Below are positions 11,888 through 24,402 of a DNA stretch of 32,000 nucleotides, piece by piece. The position numbers and the translations under genes are program-made. Origin of the DNA: an uncultured bacterium (GTDB taxonomy: Bacteria; Margulisbacteria; WOR-1; CAVSGV01); the NCBI GenBank assembly GCA_963699255.1, contig OY969425.1, forward strand, positions 1,738,856 to 1,770,855. The letters run 5' to 3'. Every line of letters begins with the position of its first letter. Position 1 is the stretch's first letter. The notes beneath the pieces were generated by a model that was not told where the DNA came from, made no database searches, and worked only from the letters and a program-made list of their open reading frames with translations.

Positions 11888-12226
11888 ATGGACGAAAAAG
11901 AATTAACTTTGCTGGACAGGTTGAATAAGAACGTTGAAAAACTGGCTTCTCATTTTGAAAAAGCGAACATTCAGGAATACGTGAAGTACGTGGGAAGCCC
12001 CTGGAAAATACTGTTCACCAACCTTCTCGCGGGGATCATGCGCGGCTTCGGGCTCGCGATCGGGATGACGATCATCCTTGCTGTCATAATGATAATCATC
12101 ACAAAGATACTATCCCACCTCATAACGCTCCCATTCGTGGGGCAGCAGGTGGCCCAGCTTGTTCAAATGGTGAATTCATATTTGCAGGAAGGGACAAAGA
12201 TCAAGCTGGATTCCGGAGGGATGTAG
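11888..12226 (+). CDS. DUF5665-like small membrane protein
   Basis: YVGSPWKILFTNLLAGIMRGFGLAIGMTIILAVIMIIITKIL; hydrophobic segment and gene context. Confidence 0.65.
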   Translation: MDEKELTLLDRLNKNVEKLASHFEKANIQEYVKYVGSPWKILFTNLLAGIMRGFGLAIGMTIILAVIMIIITKILSHLITLPFVGQQVAQLVQMVNSYLQEGTKIKLDSGGM

Positions 12227-12658
12227 TTGTTCTATCTTATAGCCCTTCTTGTTTTCGCGTTCGATCTCCTGATCAAGCTCGCGGTTTCAACCCGCCTGGC
12301 ACCGGCCCGATCGATACCTGTCATAAAGGGGATATTCAATCTCACGTATGTCCGCAACACCGGAGTCGCGTTCGGGCTTTTCCCCGACCAGAGGCTTATC
12401 CTGGTTTTGATCGGGATCGCTGTCTGCGCCGCCGTCATTTATTTTTATGCGAAGATAAAAAGAGAGGATTTTCTGTTTAAAGCTTATCTCGCGATCATAC
12501 TGGGAGGAAGCCTCGGCAATTTATTTGACAGGATATTCTTCGGCTACGTGATCGATTATTTTGACCTCAGGGTGTTCCCGGTGTTCAACTTTGCCGACAT
12601 AGCGATAAATCTGGGTGTTTTCCTTATCATTCTGGACTTTGTCCTGGGAGGGCAGTGA
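12227..12658 (+). CDS. lspA: Signal peptidase II (prolipoprotein)
   Basis: FNLTYVRNTGVAFGLF, LGGSLGNLFDRIFFGYVIDYFDL, FNFADIAINLG. Confidence 0.93.
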   Translation: MFYLIALLVFAFDLLIKLAVSTRLAPARSIPVIKGIFNLTYVRNTGVAFGLFPDQRLILVLIGIAVCAAVIYFYAKIKREDFLFKAYLAIILGGSLGNLFDRIFFGYVIDYFDLRVFPVFNFADIAINLGVFLIILDFVLGGQ

Positions 12659-13356
12659 TGCATCCGGTACTGTGCAGAATAGGGCCTTTTAACGTTTATT
12701 CCTGGGGCTTTATGGTGGCGCTCGGCTCTCTGGCCTGGCTTATGGCAGCGATGCGCCTGGGCAAGCGCGAGGGAATAAATGAAGAAACGATCCTGGACCT
12801 TTTCATATATGTTGTTATTTCGGCGACTATAGGCGCGAGATCGTTCTATGTCCTGGCGTTTCCCGGGCAGTACTGGAGCGATCCGATCTCGGTCTTCTAT
12901 GTCAGTGAAGGCGGGCTTGTTTTCATCGGCGGGCTTTGCGGGGTGCTGATAGCGGCGCTCATATTTGTCAGGCGTCACGGTATGAATATCTGGAAGCTGC
13001 TGGATGTGTTATCCCCGCCCACCATGATCGGATACGCTATAGGGAGGATAGGATGTTTGCTCAACGGCTGCTGTTACGGGATAACAATATTAGGGGTACA
13101 ACAGCCCACCCAGATATATTCATCCCTCTCCGGCCTTCTTATTTTCTTACTGCTTTTGTATCTTTATGACAGGAAGAGATATGACGGGCAGATATTCTTT
13201 TTTGCTTTGTTCTTTTATTCAATATACAGGTTTTTTCTTGAATTTGTCCGCTACAACCCAGTCCATATCTTCATTTTCACCCCGAACCAGCTGCTGGCCG
13301 CGATCATGTTCATTGTATCTGCGTGCATATTATTATGGAAAAAGCGTACGACATAA
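12655..13356 (+). CDS. lgt: Prolipoprotein diacylglyceryl transferase
   Basis: GGLVFIGGLCGVLIAALIFVRRHGMN, IGYAIGRIGCLLNGCCYG, QLLAAIMF. Confidence 0.92.
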   Translation: MMHPVLCRIGPFNVYSWGFMVALGSLAWLMAAMRLGKREGINEETILDLFIYVVISATIGARSFYVLAFPGQYWSDPISVFYVSEGGLVFIGGLCGVLIAALIFVRRHGMNIWKLLDVLSPPTMIGYAIGRIGCLLNGCCYGITILGVQQPTQIYSSLSGLLIFLLLLYLYDRKRYDGQIFFFALFFYSIYRFFLEFVRYNPVHIFIFTPNQLLAAIMFIVSACILLWKKRTT

Positions 13357-14291
13357 TAGTCAAACCTGATATGCCCAGAGAGAGGATCGACATCTTTCTT
13401 TCCAGGGAAATAGGACTATCTAGGTCGCAGATCGACAAGCTGATCAAAGGCGGACAGGTAAAGCTGAACAACACAGCGGCCAAGCCCGGTTACAGGGTAA
13501 GGAAGGATGACAGGATAATCGTGTGCGTCCCTTCTCCGGCAGAGATCGCAGCCCGACCGGAAGACATTCCCCTTAATATCGTTTATGAGGACAAGGATAT
13601 AATCATTATAGATAAGCCTCCGGGCATTGTCGTTCATCCCGCCGCGGGCAACTTGCAGGGCACTCTCGTGAACGCGCTGCTTCATCACTGCAGGGACCTC
13701 GCCGGGATCGGCGGGAGCATACGCCCGGGAGTGGTGCACAGGCTCGACAAAGACACGTCCGGATTGATCGTTTTTGCGAAGAACGACGCTTCCCACCAGG
13801 ATCTCGCAAAGCAGTTCAAGAACAGGGAAGTAAAAAAGACGTATCTGGCGCTTGTCCATGGAGAGATCGAGAACGATTCAGGCGAGATAAATGCTCCCCT
13901 CGGCAGGCATCCCGTGCACAGGAAAAAGATGGCCGTGATAAGCGCCGAGGGCGTTAAGAAACGCGAAGCGCTTACATGTTACAGGGTCCTAAAAAGGTTC
14001 TCAACAAAAGATGGGAAGTACACACTTGTCGAGCTGGACCTGAAAACGGGGCGGACTCACCAGATAAGGGTCCATCTTTCTTATATAAGGCATCCTGTTG
14101 TCGGTGACAGGACTTATTCGAAGATGAAGGACGGGTTTGGTGCCTCAAGGCAGTTCCTTCACGCGAGCCAGCTTTCATTTCATCATCCGGTAACGGGAAA
14201 ATATTTGGAGTTCAGGTCCGATCTGCCTGAGGACATGAAAAAGGTCTTGGGAGCTTTAGTAGAGAATATATCCGGCGGCAATACCGCATAG
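13323..14291 (+). CDS. rluD: RluD-family 23S rRNA pseudouridine synthase
   Basis: S4-like RIDIFLSREIGLSRSQIDKLIKGGQVKLN; HRLDKDTSGLIVFAKND; GRTHQIRVHLSYIRHPVVGDRTY. The true start may be slightly downstream (MPRERID...). Confidence 0.92.
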   Translation: MHIIMEKAYDIIVKPDMPRERIDIFLSREIGLSRSQIDKLIKGGQVKLNNTAAKPGYRVRKDDRIIVCVPSPAEIAARPEDIPLNIVYEDKDIIIIDKPPGIVVHPAAGNLQGTLVNALLHHCRDLAGIGGSIRPGVVHRLDKDTSGLIVFAKNDASHQDLAKQFKNREVKKTYLALVHGEIENDSGEINAPLGRHPVHRKKMAVISAEGVKKREALTCYRVLKRFSTKDGKYTLVELDLKTGRTHQIRVHLSYIRHPVVGDRTYSKMKDGFGASRQFLHASQLSFHHPVTGKYLEFRSDLPEDMKKVLGALVENISGGNTA

Positions 14292-14558
14292 GAGCGATCC
14301 GCAGACGAGAGCAAAGACCCCGGGCAGGGATATGGGGATCCCGACGGCGGTCGTGGTTATGCACGCGATCAGTCCGATGCAGGCGCCTATTCCCCCTCCG
14401 GAAAAAACGTTCCAGCTCCTTATCCTGCCGCTCTCTCTGTCATATTCTTCTTTTAGCTTTGAGATGTCGAATTCCGCGGTATTATTGGAGGCGATGCTCA
14501 TGACCCTTACGTGCATTTCTTTTGGACTTTTTGATCTATTCATTTTGATTTCGCTCAT
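14256..14558 (-). CDS. Small hypothetical membrane protein
   Basis: 100 aa ORF with a C-terminal hydrophobic pair; its 3' end overlaps the rluD 3' end antisense. Confidence 0.5.
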   Translation of the reverse strand: MSEIKMNRSKSPKEMHVRVMSIASNNTAEFDISKLKEEYDRESGRIRSWNVFSGGGIGACIGLIACITTTAVGIPISLPGVFALVCGSLLCGIAAGYILY

Positions 14559-14685
14559 ATTTCTATTTTCCTACGCCTGTTTATCGACGAGTTTTTGAAA
14601 AAATTTCACTTTCTGAACAACTTTTTCCGGGGCTAAAAACCCGTCCCGTCCGGGCGTTCCAGCTTAAACTGTTTTTACTCTGTAC

Positions 14686-15459
14686 TTGTGTTATAATCTT
14701 CCCGATTTTATGCTGCTTGCCGTTGATATCGGTAATACGAACATTGTTCTCGGACTTTTCAAAAATGATAAGCTCATCAGCAAGCATCGGATACTAACAG
14801 ATAGTTCTGCCCGCGTCAAGGCGGCGGGGCCCCTGGATGCGGCCATCATTTCCAGCGTTGTACCGCATCTTACCGGGGACATATCGAGGCAGATCGAAAA
14901 GCGGTACAGAGTGAAACCCGTGATCGTGAGCTGGCGCAACATCAGGGGTCTAAAGATCGCACTGAAAAACAAGGGTCAGGTGGGCATTGACAGGCTGGTC
15001 AATGCGGTCGCCGTCAAACATTTATATGGATCGCCGGCGGTAATAATCGATTTCGGCACCGCGACCACTTTTTGCGCGCTCGATAGGACCGGGCGGTACC
15101 TTGGGGGAGCGATAACATCCGGGCTTGCGATATCAAGGGATATCCTGTACGAGAGGACCGCAAAACTTCCTTTTATTAGCATCATCAAGCCGGAGAGAGC
15201 GATAGGCAGGAACACTCTGGAGGCGATGAGGTCCGGACTTTTTTACGGCTATGTTGACCTGGTGGACGGGATGATAAAAAGGTTCAAGGCGCAGCTTGGG
15301 GGCAAGGCAAAAGTGATCGCCACCGGCGGGCTTTCGGGGATAATAGCTTCCGGAACGGACAAGATAGATGTTGTCGATACGGACTTGACGTTAAAAGGAT
15401 TAAATATAATATATAAGGAGATGCGAGACGCGAGATATGAGATGCGAAGTGTGAGATGA
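14686..15459 (+). CDS. coaX: Type III pantothenate kinase
   Basis: [50 protein letters not shown]. Confidence 0.94.
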   Translation: MCYNLPDFMLLAVDIGNTNIVLGLFKNDKLISKHRILTDSSARVKAAGPLDAAIISSVVPHLTGDISRQIEKRYRVKPVIVSWRNIRGLKIALKNKGQVGIDRLVNAVAVKHLYGSPAVIIDFGTATTFCALDRTGRYLGGAITSGLAISRDILYERTAKLPFISIIKPERAIGRNTLEAMRSGLFYGYVDLVDGMIKRFKAQLGGKAKVIATGGLSGIIASGTDKIDVVDTDLTLKGLNIIYKEMRDARYEMRSVR

Positions 15460-15471
15460 GAGGTGTGAGAT
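15419..15471 (+). repeat. GAGATGCGAGACGCGAGAT-type repeat spanning the coaX 3' end to the lysS start
   Basis: aggagatgcgagacgcgagatatgagatgcgaagtgtgagatgagaggtgtgagatgag. Confidence 0.7.
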
Positions 15472-17011
15472 GAGCGAAGAATTATCGGATCTGTTAAAGG
15501 TCAGAAGGGCCAAGCTCGAAGAGCTGAGAGCGAAAAATATTAATCCTTATCCGTACCGCTTTGAAAGGGATTCGACCTCGGGCGCCGTCCTTGAAAAGTA
15601 TAAGGACCTTAAAGCCGAAGAGGTCAGTCCAGAGGTCGTTGTGCTTGCCGGAAGGCTTATGACCAGACGGGGACACGGAAAAGCCTCCTTTGCCAACATT
15701 CAGGATGGGGCAGGGAAGATCCAGATATACGCCAAGCTTGATGTCATGGGCCAGCAAAAATACGAGCTTTTTGAAAAACTGGATATCGGCGACTTCATAG
15801 GGGTAAGGGGGCCGGTCTTCAAGACCAGGACGGGGGAGACCACGGTAAGGGTCAAAGACTTCGAGCTTCTTTCAAAATCCCTTCATCCTCTTCCTGAAAA
15901 ATGGCACGGCTTGACGGACAAGGAGCTGCGTTACAGGGAAAGATATGTTGACCTGATAGTCAATCACGACGTCAAGGAGGTTTTCGTCAAGAGAAGCAGG
16001 ATAATCACCGAGGCCAGGAGCTTCCTTATATCGAAAGGCTACCTGGAAGTTGAGACCCCTGTCCTTCACATCCAGCCCGGCGGGGCGGCCGCCAGGCCTT
16101 TTGAGACATACCATAACGCGCTTGATATGGATCTGTACCTCAGGATAGCCCTTGAGCTTCATCTGAAACGCTTGATAGTCGGAGGTTTCGAGAAGGTGTT
16201 TGAGATCGGCAGGGTCTTCAGGAACGAGGGAATATCCTTCAAGCACAATCCGGAATACACCATGCTGGAGCTTTATGAGGCTTACTCGGATTACAATGAC
16301 ATAATGAAGCTGACGGAAGAAATGGTGTCTTCCATAGCCAATAAAGTTCTCGGGACAACAAAGATCAAATATAAAGACATTGATATTGATTTTAAGACGC
16401 CGTGGGCCAGGATCACCCTGCATGACGCGCTGAAGAAATACGCCAATATCGACATAAACACGGACGAAAAAGGCTTGAGGGCCATCGCGAAGCAAAAAGA
16501 ACTGGAGGGTTACATGGAACTGCCGGTGGGCAAGATCATCAACCTTCTTTATGATACTTTTGTTGAAGCCAAGATCATCCAGCCCACGTTCATAATCGAT
16601 TATCCGGTGGAAACCTCTCCTCTGGCAAAGAGGAAAAGGGATAATCCTCTCCTTGTGGAGAGGTTCGAGGTCATTGTCGCCGGAATGGAGCTGGCGAACG
16701 CTTTCTCCGAACTGAACGATCCAGTGGACCAGAGGGAAAGGTTCCAGGAGCAGGTCGAGGCGCGCAAGGCGGGGGACGATGAAGCGGAATCGATGGATGA
16801 GGATTTCCTGAGGGCCCTTGAGTACGGGATGCCCCCGACGGGAGGCCTGGGAATAGGGATAGACAGGCTGGTCATGCTTTTAACGGGACAACCGTCGATA
16901 CGGGATGTCATCCTGTTCCCGCACATGAGGCCGATCGAGATAAAAGAAACGGATGCGAAACCGGAGGAGATAAAGGTACTGGATGATAATAACAGAAAAA
17001 AAAGAATATAA
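15470..17011 (+). CDS. lysS: Lysyl-tRNA synthetase, class II
   Basis: RFERD...; [20 protein letters not shown]; [25 protein letters not shown]; [30 protein letters not shown]. Confidence 0.96.
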   Translation: MSEELSDLLKVRRAKLEELRAKNINPYPYRFERDSTSGAVLEKYKDLKAEEVSPEVVVLAGRLMTRRGHGKASFANIQDGAGKIQIYAKLDVMGQQKYELFEKLDIGDFIGVRGPVFKTRTGETTVRVKDFELLSKSLHPLPEKWHGLTDKELRYRERYVDLIVNHDVKEVFVKRSRIITEARSFLISKGYLEVETPVLHIQPGGAAARPFETYHNALDMDLYLRIALELHLKRLIVGGFEKVFEIGRVFRNEGISFKHNPEYTMLELYEAYSDYNDIMKLTEEMVSSIANKVLGTTKIKYKDIDIDFKTPWARITLHDALKKYANIDINTDEKGLRAIAKQKELEGYMELPVGKIINLLYDTFVEAKIIQPTFIIDYPVETSPLAKRKRDNPLLVERFEVIVAGMELANAFSELNDPVDQRERFQEQVEARKAGDDEAESMDEDFLRALEYGMPPTGGLGIGIDRLVMLLTGQPSIRDVILFPHMRPIEIKETDAKPEEIKVLDDNNRKKRI

Positions 17012-17627
17012 GAAGATACTCGAAAGCCTGAAGGGCATGGACAGTATATATGTAATAGGCTGCGGCAGGTGCGCCACGTCATGCTCGACCGGCGGGGAAG
17101 AGCAGGTGTTCGACATTATCGGGAAGCTGAAAAAGGATGGCAAGAAAATCGCGGGCTCATATGTCATTGAAGCTCCCTGCGATGAAAGACTTGTGCTCAA
17201 GTTCTCAAGGGCCGAGAAGTCAAAGCTTGAAAGATCCGATGCCCTGCTTGTCCTGGGATGCGGGGCGGGGGTGCAGACCGTGTCGGATGTGGTGAAGCTT
17301 CCGGCTTATCCGGCGCTCGAGTCGGTGTTCCTCGGAAAAACGAAGAACCTGGGGAGATTCTACGAGTTGTGCGTCATGTGCGGGGACTGTGCGCTTGAGG
17401 AAACCGGCGGCATCTGTCCTGTTGCCAGATGCTCAAAGCACCTGCTGAACGGCCCGTGCGGAGGATCCCATAAAGGGAAATGCGAGGTGGACCAGAACCT
17501 TGACTGCGCGTGGTACCTGATATTCGAGCGCCTCAAGGAGCTGAAGCAGTTCGACCGGATAAAGAAATACCAGAAGCCGAAAGATTACTCAAAGGCCATA
17601 AGGCCGAGGAAAGTTGAATTAAGATGA
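16983..17627 (+). CDS. metV: Methylenetetrahydrofolate reductase C-terminal-type (MetV-like) Cys-rich protein
   Basis: [61 protein letters not shown]; immediately upstream of metF. Confidence 0.85.
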   Translation: MIITEKKEYKKILESLKGMDSIYVIGCGRCATSCSTGGEEQVFDIIGKLKKDGKKIAGSYVIEAPCDERLVLKFSRAEKSKLERSDALLVLGCGAGVQTVSDVVKLPAYPALESVFLGKTKNLGRFYELCVMCGDCALEETGGICPVARCSKHLLNGPCGGSHKGKCEVDQNLDCAWYLIFERLKELKQFDRIKKYQKPKDYSKAIRPRKVELR

Positions 17628-18493
17628 CGTTCAGCGAAGCATTAAAGAACAAGGATTTCGTCGTTACAGCCGAACTTTCTCCTCCAAAAGGGGTGGAACT
17701 GGCGGATGTCCTTAAAAAAGCGGATCTTCTGAAAGGGAAGGTGGACGGCGTCAATGCGACGGATAACCAGGTCGCCGTTCTGCATCTAAGCTCTGTCGCC
17801 TTCTGCGCGTTACTTAAGCAGAAAGGCCTCGATGCGATCCTCCAGATGAACTGCAGGGACAGGAACGCTCTGGCGATGCAGGCGGACCTTCTGGGCGCTT
17901 ATGCCCTCGGGATAAGGAATGTCCTGGCGATAACGGGAGATTACCCGAAGAAATCGCTCCACCATGTGGTAAGGCCTGTATTCGACATCGATTCGGTCCA
18001 GCTGATCAAGCTGATAAATGACATGAATAAAGGGATAGATTTTGCCGGAGAGGAGCTGGCCGGCGCTCCAAGCTTTACCGTGGGAGGGGTCGTCAATCCG
18101 GGAGCGGACCCCATTGAAGGGCAGCTAGTGAAGCTAAGGAAAAAGATCGATGCGGGAGCGCAGTTCATCCAGACCCAGATAGTATATGACATTGACGGAT
18201 TCAAGAAATTCAGGGACAAGACAAAGGACATAAAAGTTAAATTCCTTCTCGGCATCCTTCCGATACGCTCGGCAAAGATGGCGCAGAACATCCTGAACAT
18301 TCCCGGCGTCCACATACCGAAAAAGATCCTGGAGAGGATAGGGGAGTCAAAAGATCCCGTTCAGGAGGGCATTGATATTTCGGCCGAGATCATTAACGGT
18401 CTCAAGGGCTACATCGACGGGGTGCATTTCATGACACTGAATAATGTGGAGGTCATTCCGGATATCCTGGCTTTAATCAAACTCGGAACCTGA
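17624..18493 (+). CDS. metF: Methylenetetrahydrofolate reductase
   Basis: TAELSPPKGVE, NATDNQ, LQMNCRDRNALAMQADLLGAYALGIRNVLAITGDYP. Confidence 0.93.
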   Translation: MTFSEALKNKDFVVTAELSPPKGVELADVLKKADLLKGKVDGVNATDNQVAVLHLSSVAFCALLKQKGLDAILQMNCRDRNALAMQADLLGAYALGIRNVLAITGDYPKKSLHHVVRPVFDIDSVQLIKLINDMNKGIDFAGEELAGAPSFTVGGVVNPGADPIEGQLVKLRKKIDAGAQFIQTQIVYDIDGFKKFRDKTKDIKVKFLLGILPIRSAKMAQNILNIPGVHIPKKILERIGESKDPVQEGIDISAEIINGLKGYIDGVHFMTLNNVEVIPDILALIKLGT

Positions 18494-18526
18494 GAGTAAA
18501 ACTCTCGGTTCCTTGCACAACAAATT

Positions 18527-18554
18527 GGAACCGCGACTTTTAGTCGCAGGTTCC
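18527..18554. terminator. Hairpin between the convergent metF and tldD genes
   Basis: GGAACC-GCGACT-TTT-AGTCGC-A-GGTTCC; no long T tract. Confidence 0.5.
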
Positions 18555-18555
18555 A

Positions 18556-19935
18556 TCAACTTCTTCCTCCGATCGTTATCTCCGGGATCCTGATCGTCGG
18601 CTGGCCGTCCGAAACCGGTGCGTGATCGTATTTTCCGCATGTGCCTGGAATGAATTCCAGGTCCCATCCGACCATATCGATCTTCTGCAGCACTTCGGGG
18701 CCGCTGCCGATGAGCATGGCTCCTCTTACGGGATGCTTTATGTTTCCGTTCTCAATAAGGTACGCCTCGGTGATCTCAAATACGAAGTCCCCGTTCGTGA
18801 CGTTAACTTCCCCTCCGCCCATTTTTTTTATAAGAAGGCCGTTCTTTATCGAAGCGATTATGTCGGAAGGATTGGTCAGCCCGGGCTGGATGAAAGTGTT
18901 GGTCATCCTGGGGACCGGCTTTGTCCGGAAAGACTCTCTTCTTCCGTTGCCCGAAGAAATGGACCCTATCAGCGCGGCATTGAACCTGTCCGACATGTAG
19001 CCCTTAAGGATGCCGTTCTCTATAAGAACTTTTTTCTGGGAAGGGGTCCCCTCGTCGTCGAACCTGAACGAACCGTAATTTCCCGGAAGCGTCGCGTCGT
19101 CAACTACCGTCACCAGCTCTGAAGCCACTTTTTGTCCCATCTTGTTGGTGAATATCGAGGTCCCTTTCTGGATAAAATCCGCTTCGAGGGCGTGTCCGCA
19201 GGCTTCATGGACCATTGTTCCCCCGGCTTGGGCCGCCATAACGACGGGCATTTTGCCTGTGGGGGCGTGCTTGGCATCCAGCATGAGCAGGGCGCGTTCA
19301 GCCGCCGCCCTTGTTATCTTTTCGGCGTCGTATATCTCAAAGAGCTCAAAGCCAACCGATCCTCCGGGGCCTTCGTATCCGGTCTGGAGGACGCCCTCTT
19401 TTGCCGCCACGACATTCACCGCGAACCTGGTCCTTATCCGGTTGTCTTCAACGTACATGCCGAGCGAGTTGGCTATCGTCACCGCCTGGTTCGTGTCAAT
19501 GTATCTTACGGTGACCTGTCTTACTTTGCTGCCGTAAGCTCTCGCTATCTCGTTCGATCTTCTGACTATATCAACTTTCTCTCTGATCGGGACGGATTCG
19601 GGCCTTTTCTTTATCACAAAATCAAGGGGCGACAGCACGGGTTTTAAGCTGACCTCTTTCTTGTTGGGGATTTTTTTGATGGAGTTTGACAGGAACATGG
19701 CCTTTTCCTTAAGAGGCTCGAAAGACAGGTCTTCGGATGCCGCGTAATATATGGTATCGCCGTCGATCACCCTTATTCCCGCGCCCACATCTGTCCCGGT
19801 GCTTAGCTTGTCAAGCTTGTTATCCTCGAACGTGATGGATGTCTGAGAGACTTCTTCGATGAATATATCGGCGAAATCACCGCCTCTGGAAAGTGAAATG
19901 TCCAGTATTTCTTCAAGTTCTGATTGATCAAGCAT
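18556..19935 (-). CDS. tldD: TldD-family metalloprotease
   Basis: VMAAQAGGTMVHEACGHALEADFIQKGTS (HExxxH), RFDDEGTPSQKKVLIENG, GRRESFRTKPVPRMTNTFIQPG. Confidence 0.93.
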   Translation of the reverse strand: MLDQSELEEILDISLSRGGDFADIFIEEVSQTSITFEDNKLDKLSTGTDVGAGIRVIDGDTIYYAASEDLSFEPLKEKAMFLSNSIKKIPNKKEVSLKPVLSPLDFVIKKRPESVPIREKVDIVRRSNEIARAYGSKVRQVTVRYIDTNQAVTIANSLGMYVEDNRIRTRFAVNVVAAKEGVLQTGYEGPGGSVGFELFEIYDAEKITRAAAERALLMLDAKHAPTGKMPVVMAAQAGGTMVHEACGHALEADFIQKGTSIFTNKMGQKVASELVTVVDDATLPGNYGSFRFDDEGTPSQKKVLIENGILKGYMSDRFNAALIGSISSGNGRRESFRTKPVPRMTNTFIQPGLTNPSDIIASIKNGLLIKKMGGGEVNVTNGDFVFEITEAYLIENGNIKHPVRGAMLIGSGPEVLQKIDMVGWDLEFIPGTCGKYDHAPVSDGQPTIRIPEITIGGRS

Positions 19936-19974
19936 GTAGTGATTATATCACAAAGAAGCGGTTAATTTAGAAAA

Positions 19975-20047
19975 TGGACCTGAGCGGGATCGAACCGCTG
20001 ACCTCCTGCTTGCAAAGCAGGCGTTCTCCCAACTGAACTACAGGCCC
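19975..20047 (-). tRNA. tRNA-Ala (anticodon TGC)
   Basis: Minus strand GGGCCTGTAGTTCAGTTGGGAGAACGCCTGCTTTGCAAGCAGGAGGTCAGCGGTTCGATCCCGCTCAGGTCCA; CCA is not encoded. Confidence 0.96.
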
Positions 20048-20060
20048 ATGCCCCTGCGGG

Positions 20061-20180
20061 GAATTACCAATCACCAAATTCCAGATCCCAAGCAAATCCC
20101 AAATTCAAAATCCCAATTCCCAATTTGACATTGGGATTTTGTCATTCATTTGACATTTGTCATTGGTCATTTGTCATTCT
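20061..20180. repeat. Degenerate AAATCCCAAATT / CATTTGTCATT short-repeat tract between tRNAs
   Basis: caccaaattccagatcccaagcaaatcccaaattcaaaatcccaattcccaatttgacattgggattttgtcattcatttgacatttgtcattggtcatttgtcatt. Confidence 0.6.
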
Positions 20181-20199
20181 CCGCTTCCTGGCGGAGTGG

Positions 20200-20273
20200 T
20201 GGGCCACATTGGAATCGAACCAATGACCTTACCCTTATCAGGGGTACGCTCTAGCCAACTGAGCTAGTGGCCC
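20200..20273 (-). tRNA. tRNA-Ile (anticodon GAT)
   Basis: Minus strand GGGCCACTAGCTCAGTTGGCTAGAGCGTACCCCTGATAAGGGTAAGGTCATTGGTTCGATTCCAATGTGGCCCA followed by an encoded CCA (20197-20199). Confidence 0.96.
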
Positions 20274-20358
20274 AAATTTCAGGTAAATTATTTTATCAGA
20301 TTTGATTGATAATTCAAACCTTATATAATAGAATCAGCCGAACGAAAGGGGGAAGATC

Positions 20359-20766
20359 ATGAAAAAAATTATCATCGGAGGCTTGCTTGCGGGCGCTTTC
20401 ATCCTGCTTATGGGTATGCTGTTCGGCGCGATGTCCGCTGAAATGTACAAGCTGTCACCGAAGGTCTTCTGGAAGCCGATGGGAGGGGACTGGTTCACGA
20501 GGGTCCTGATATACGATTTTGCCTCGGGCCTGATATTTGCCTGGGTATTCTCGATCGTGAAAGGATCAATCCCCGGTCCGGGGCTGGCAAAAGGCCTCAT
20601 GTTCGGGATCATGATGTTCCTGATAGGACCGTTCCACTCGGTATGGATGGCCTATCTCGTTATAGCTATCAGGGCAAAGCTGCTGGCCGTGTGGATGTTG
20701 AACGGCCTTGTGAACTACGTGTTTTCAGGCCTCATTTTTGAGCTGATCGACGAAAAAATATCCTGA
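20359..20766 (+). CDS. Small integral membrane protein, unknown function
   Basis: 135 aa ORF with about 4 hydrophobic segments, preceded by an AAAGGGGG ribosome-binding-like site. Confidence 0.75.
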   Translation: MKKIIIGGLLAGAFILLMGMLFGAMSAEMYKLSPKVFWKPMGGDWFTRVLIYDFASGLIFAWVFSIVKGSIPGPGLAKGLMFGIMMFLIGPFHSVWMAYLVIAIRAKLLAVWMLNGLVNYVFSGLIFELIDEKIS

Positions 20767-20775
20767 AATAAGCGC

Positions 20776-20803
20776 TTGACAAAGTCAGGCCAGATAGTAT
20801 AAT
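20776..20803 (+). promoter_or_regulatory. Sigma70-type promoter, TTGACA-16 bp-TATAAT, upstream of 23S
   Basis: TTGACA at 20776-20781, TATAAT at 20798-20803. Confidence 0.8.
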
Positions 20804-20864
20804 TACCAGGCTTTATGCAGGAAAACTCAACTTAAAGTTTTTCTAACGCATCAGGTAGGCGAAC

Positions 20865-20889
20865 AAACGCACTTGATGTGCGTTTTTTT
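20865..20889 (+). terminator. Intrinsic-terminator-like hairpin between the promoter and 23S
   Basis: AAACGCAC-TTGAT-GTGCGTTT followed by a T run. Confidence 0.65.
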
Positions 20890-20918
20890 GTCTTTATTAT
20901 GGGCCGAATTGCGGCCGT

Positions 20919-20939
20919 GATCTTTGAAAATTAAATAGG
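20919..20939 (+). promoter_or_regulatory. boxA-like rRNA leader motif
   Basis: GATCTTTGAAAATTAAATAGG; resembles rRNA leader CTTTGAAAACT motifs and matches 31907-31927 at 19 of 21 positions. Confidence 0.65.
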
Positions 20940-21036
20940 TTATTTTCACCGGGCGAGCCGCCCAGGTGGGAATGACCATGTCAAAGTAAGAACAAAGCGT
21001 CTTAGCGAACGATAGTTTGTATAATTAGCGGAATGG

Positions 21037-23974
<2,938 letters not shown>

Positions 23975-24184
23975 CCTACCGTTAATTATACACGCTCTCC
24001 TTCGGGGGGCGAAAATTGATATCGATCACTAATGATAGTTCTTTGACATATATAGTTCCTTGCAAGCCGGACTTCATAAGAATGTAATAAGATGAAGCGA
24101 GGGGAGTAGGTCCGACGAGAAGTCGGACCGTTGAGGGGCTTTGCCCCTCAAGGCCGGAACGTAATAAATTAGTTATTTGCAAAT

Positions 24185-24299
24185 GTGGGTGACCATACCG
24201 GGAGTGTCCCACCTGTTCCCATTCCGAACACAGCAGTGAAATCTCCCAGGGCCGATGGTAGTTACTGGGCAACTGGTAGTGAGAGTAGGACGTCGCCCC
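24185..24299 (+). rRNA. rrf: 5S ribosomal RNA
   Basis: gggtgaccataccgggagtgtcccacctgttcccattccgaacacagcagtgaaatctcccagggccgatggtagt...gagagtaggacgtcgcccc. Confidence 0.95.
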
Positions 24300-24344
24300 T
24301 TTTTCCTCCTTCGCCCCTAAAGGGCTTCGGAGGACTCGTGAAAG

Positions 24345-24371
24345 AGCTCATCAGAAATGATGGGCTTTTTC
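24345..24371 (+). terminator. Terminator downstream of 5S
   Basis: AGCTCATC-AGAAAT-GATGGGCT followed by TTTT. Confidence 0.75.
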
Positions 24372-24402
24372 TGTTTTTATGCTGGAGGTCAAAGGACTGA
24401 AG

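Noticed and set aside
12556-12978. 140 aa minus-strand ORF antisense to lspA/lgt
   Set aside because: It is antisense to two well-recognised genes and shows no domain signal.
15872-16495. 207 aa minus-strand ORF inside lysS
   Set aside because: Shadow ORF of a confident lysS.
18473-18667. 64 aa minus-strand ORF between metF and tldD
   Set aside because: It overlaps the intergenic hairpin and both genes, with no recognisable content.
24185-24400. 71 aa plus-strand ORF
   Set aside because: It overlaps 5S rRNA and its terminator.
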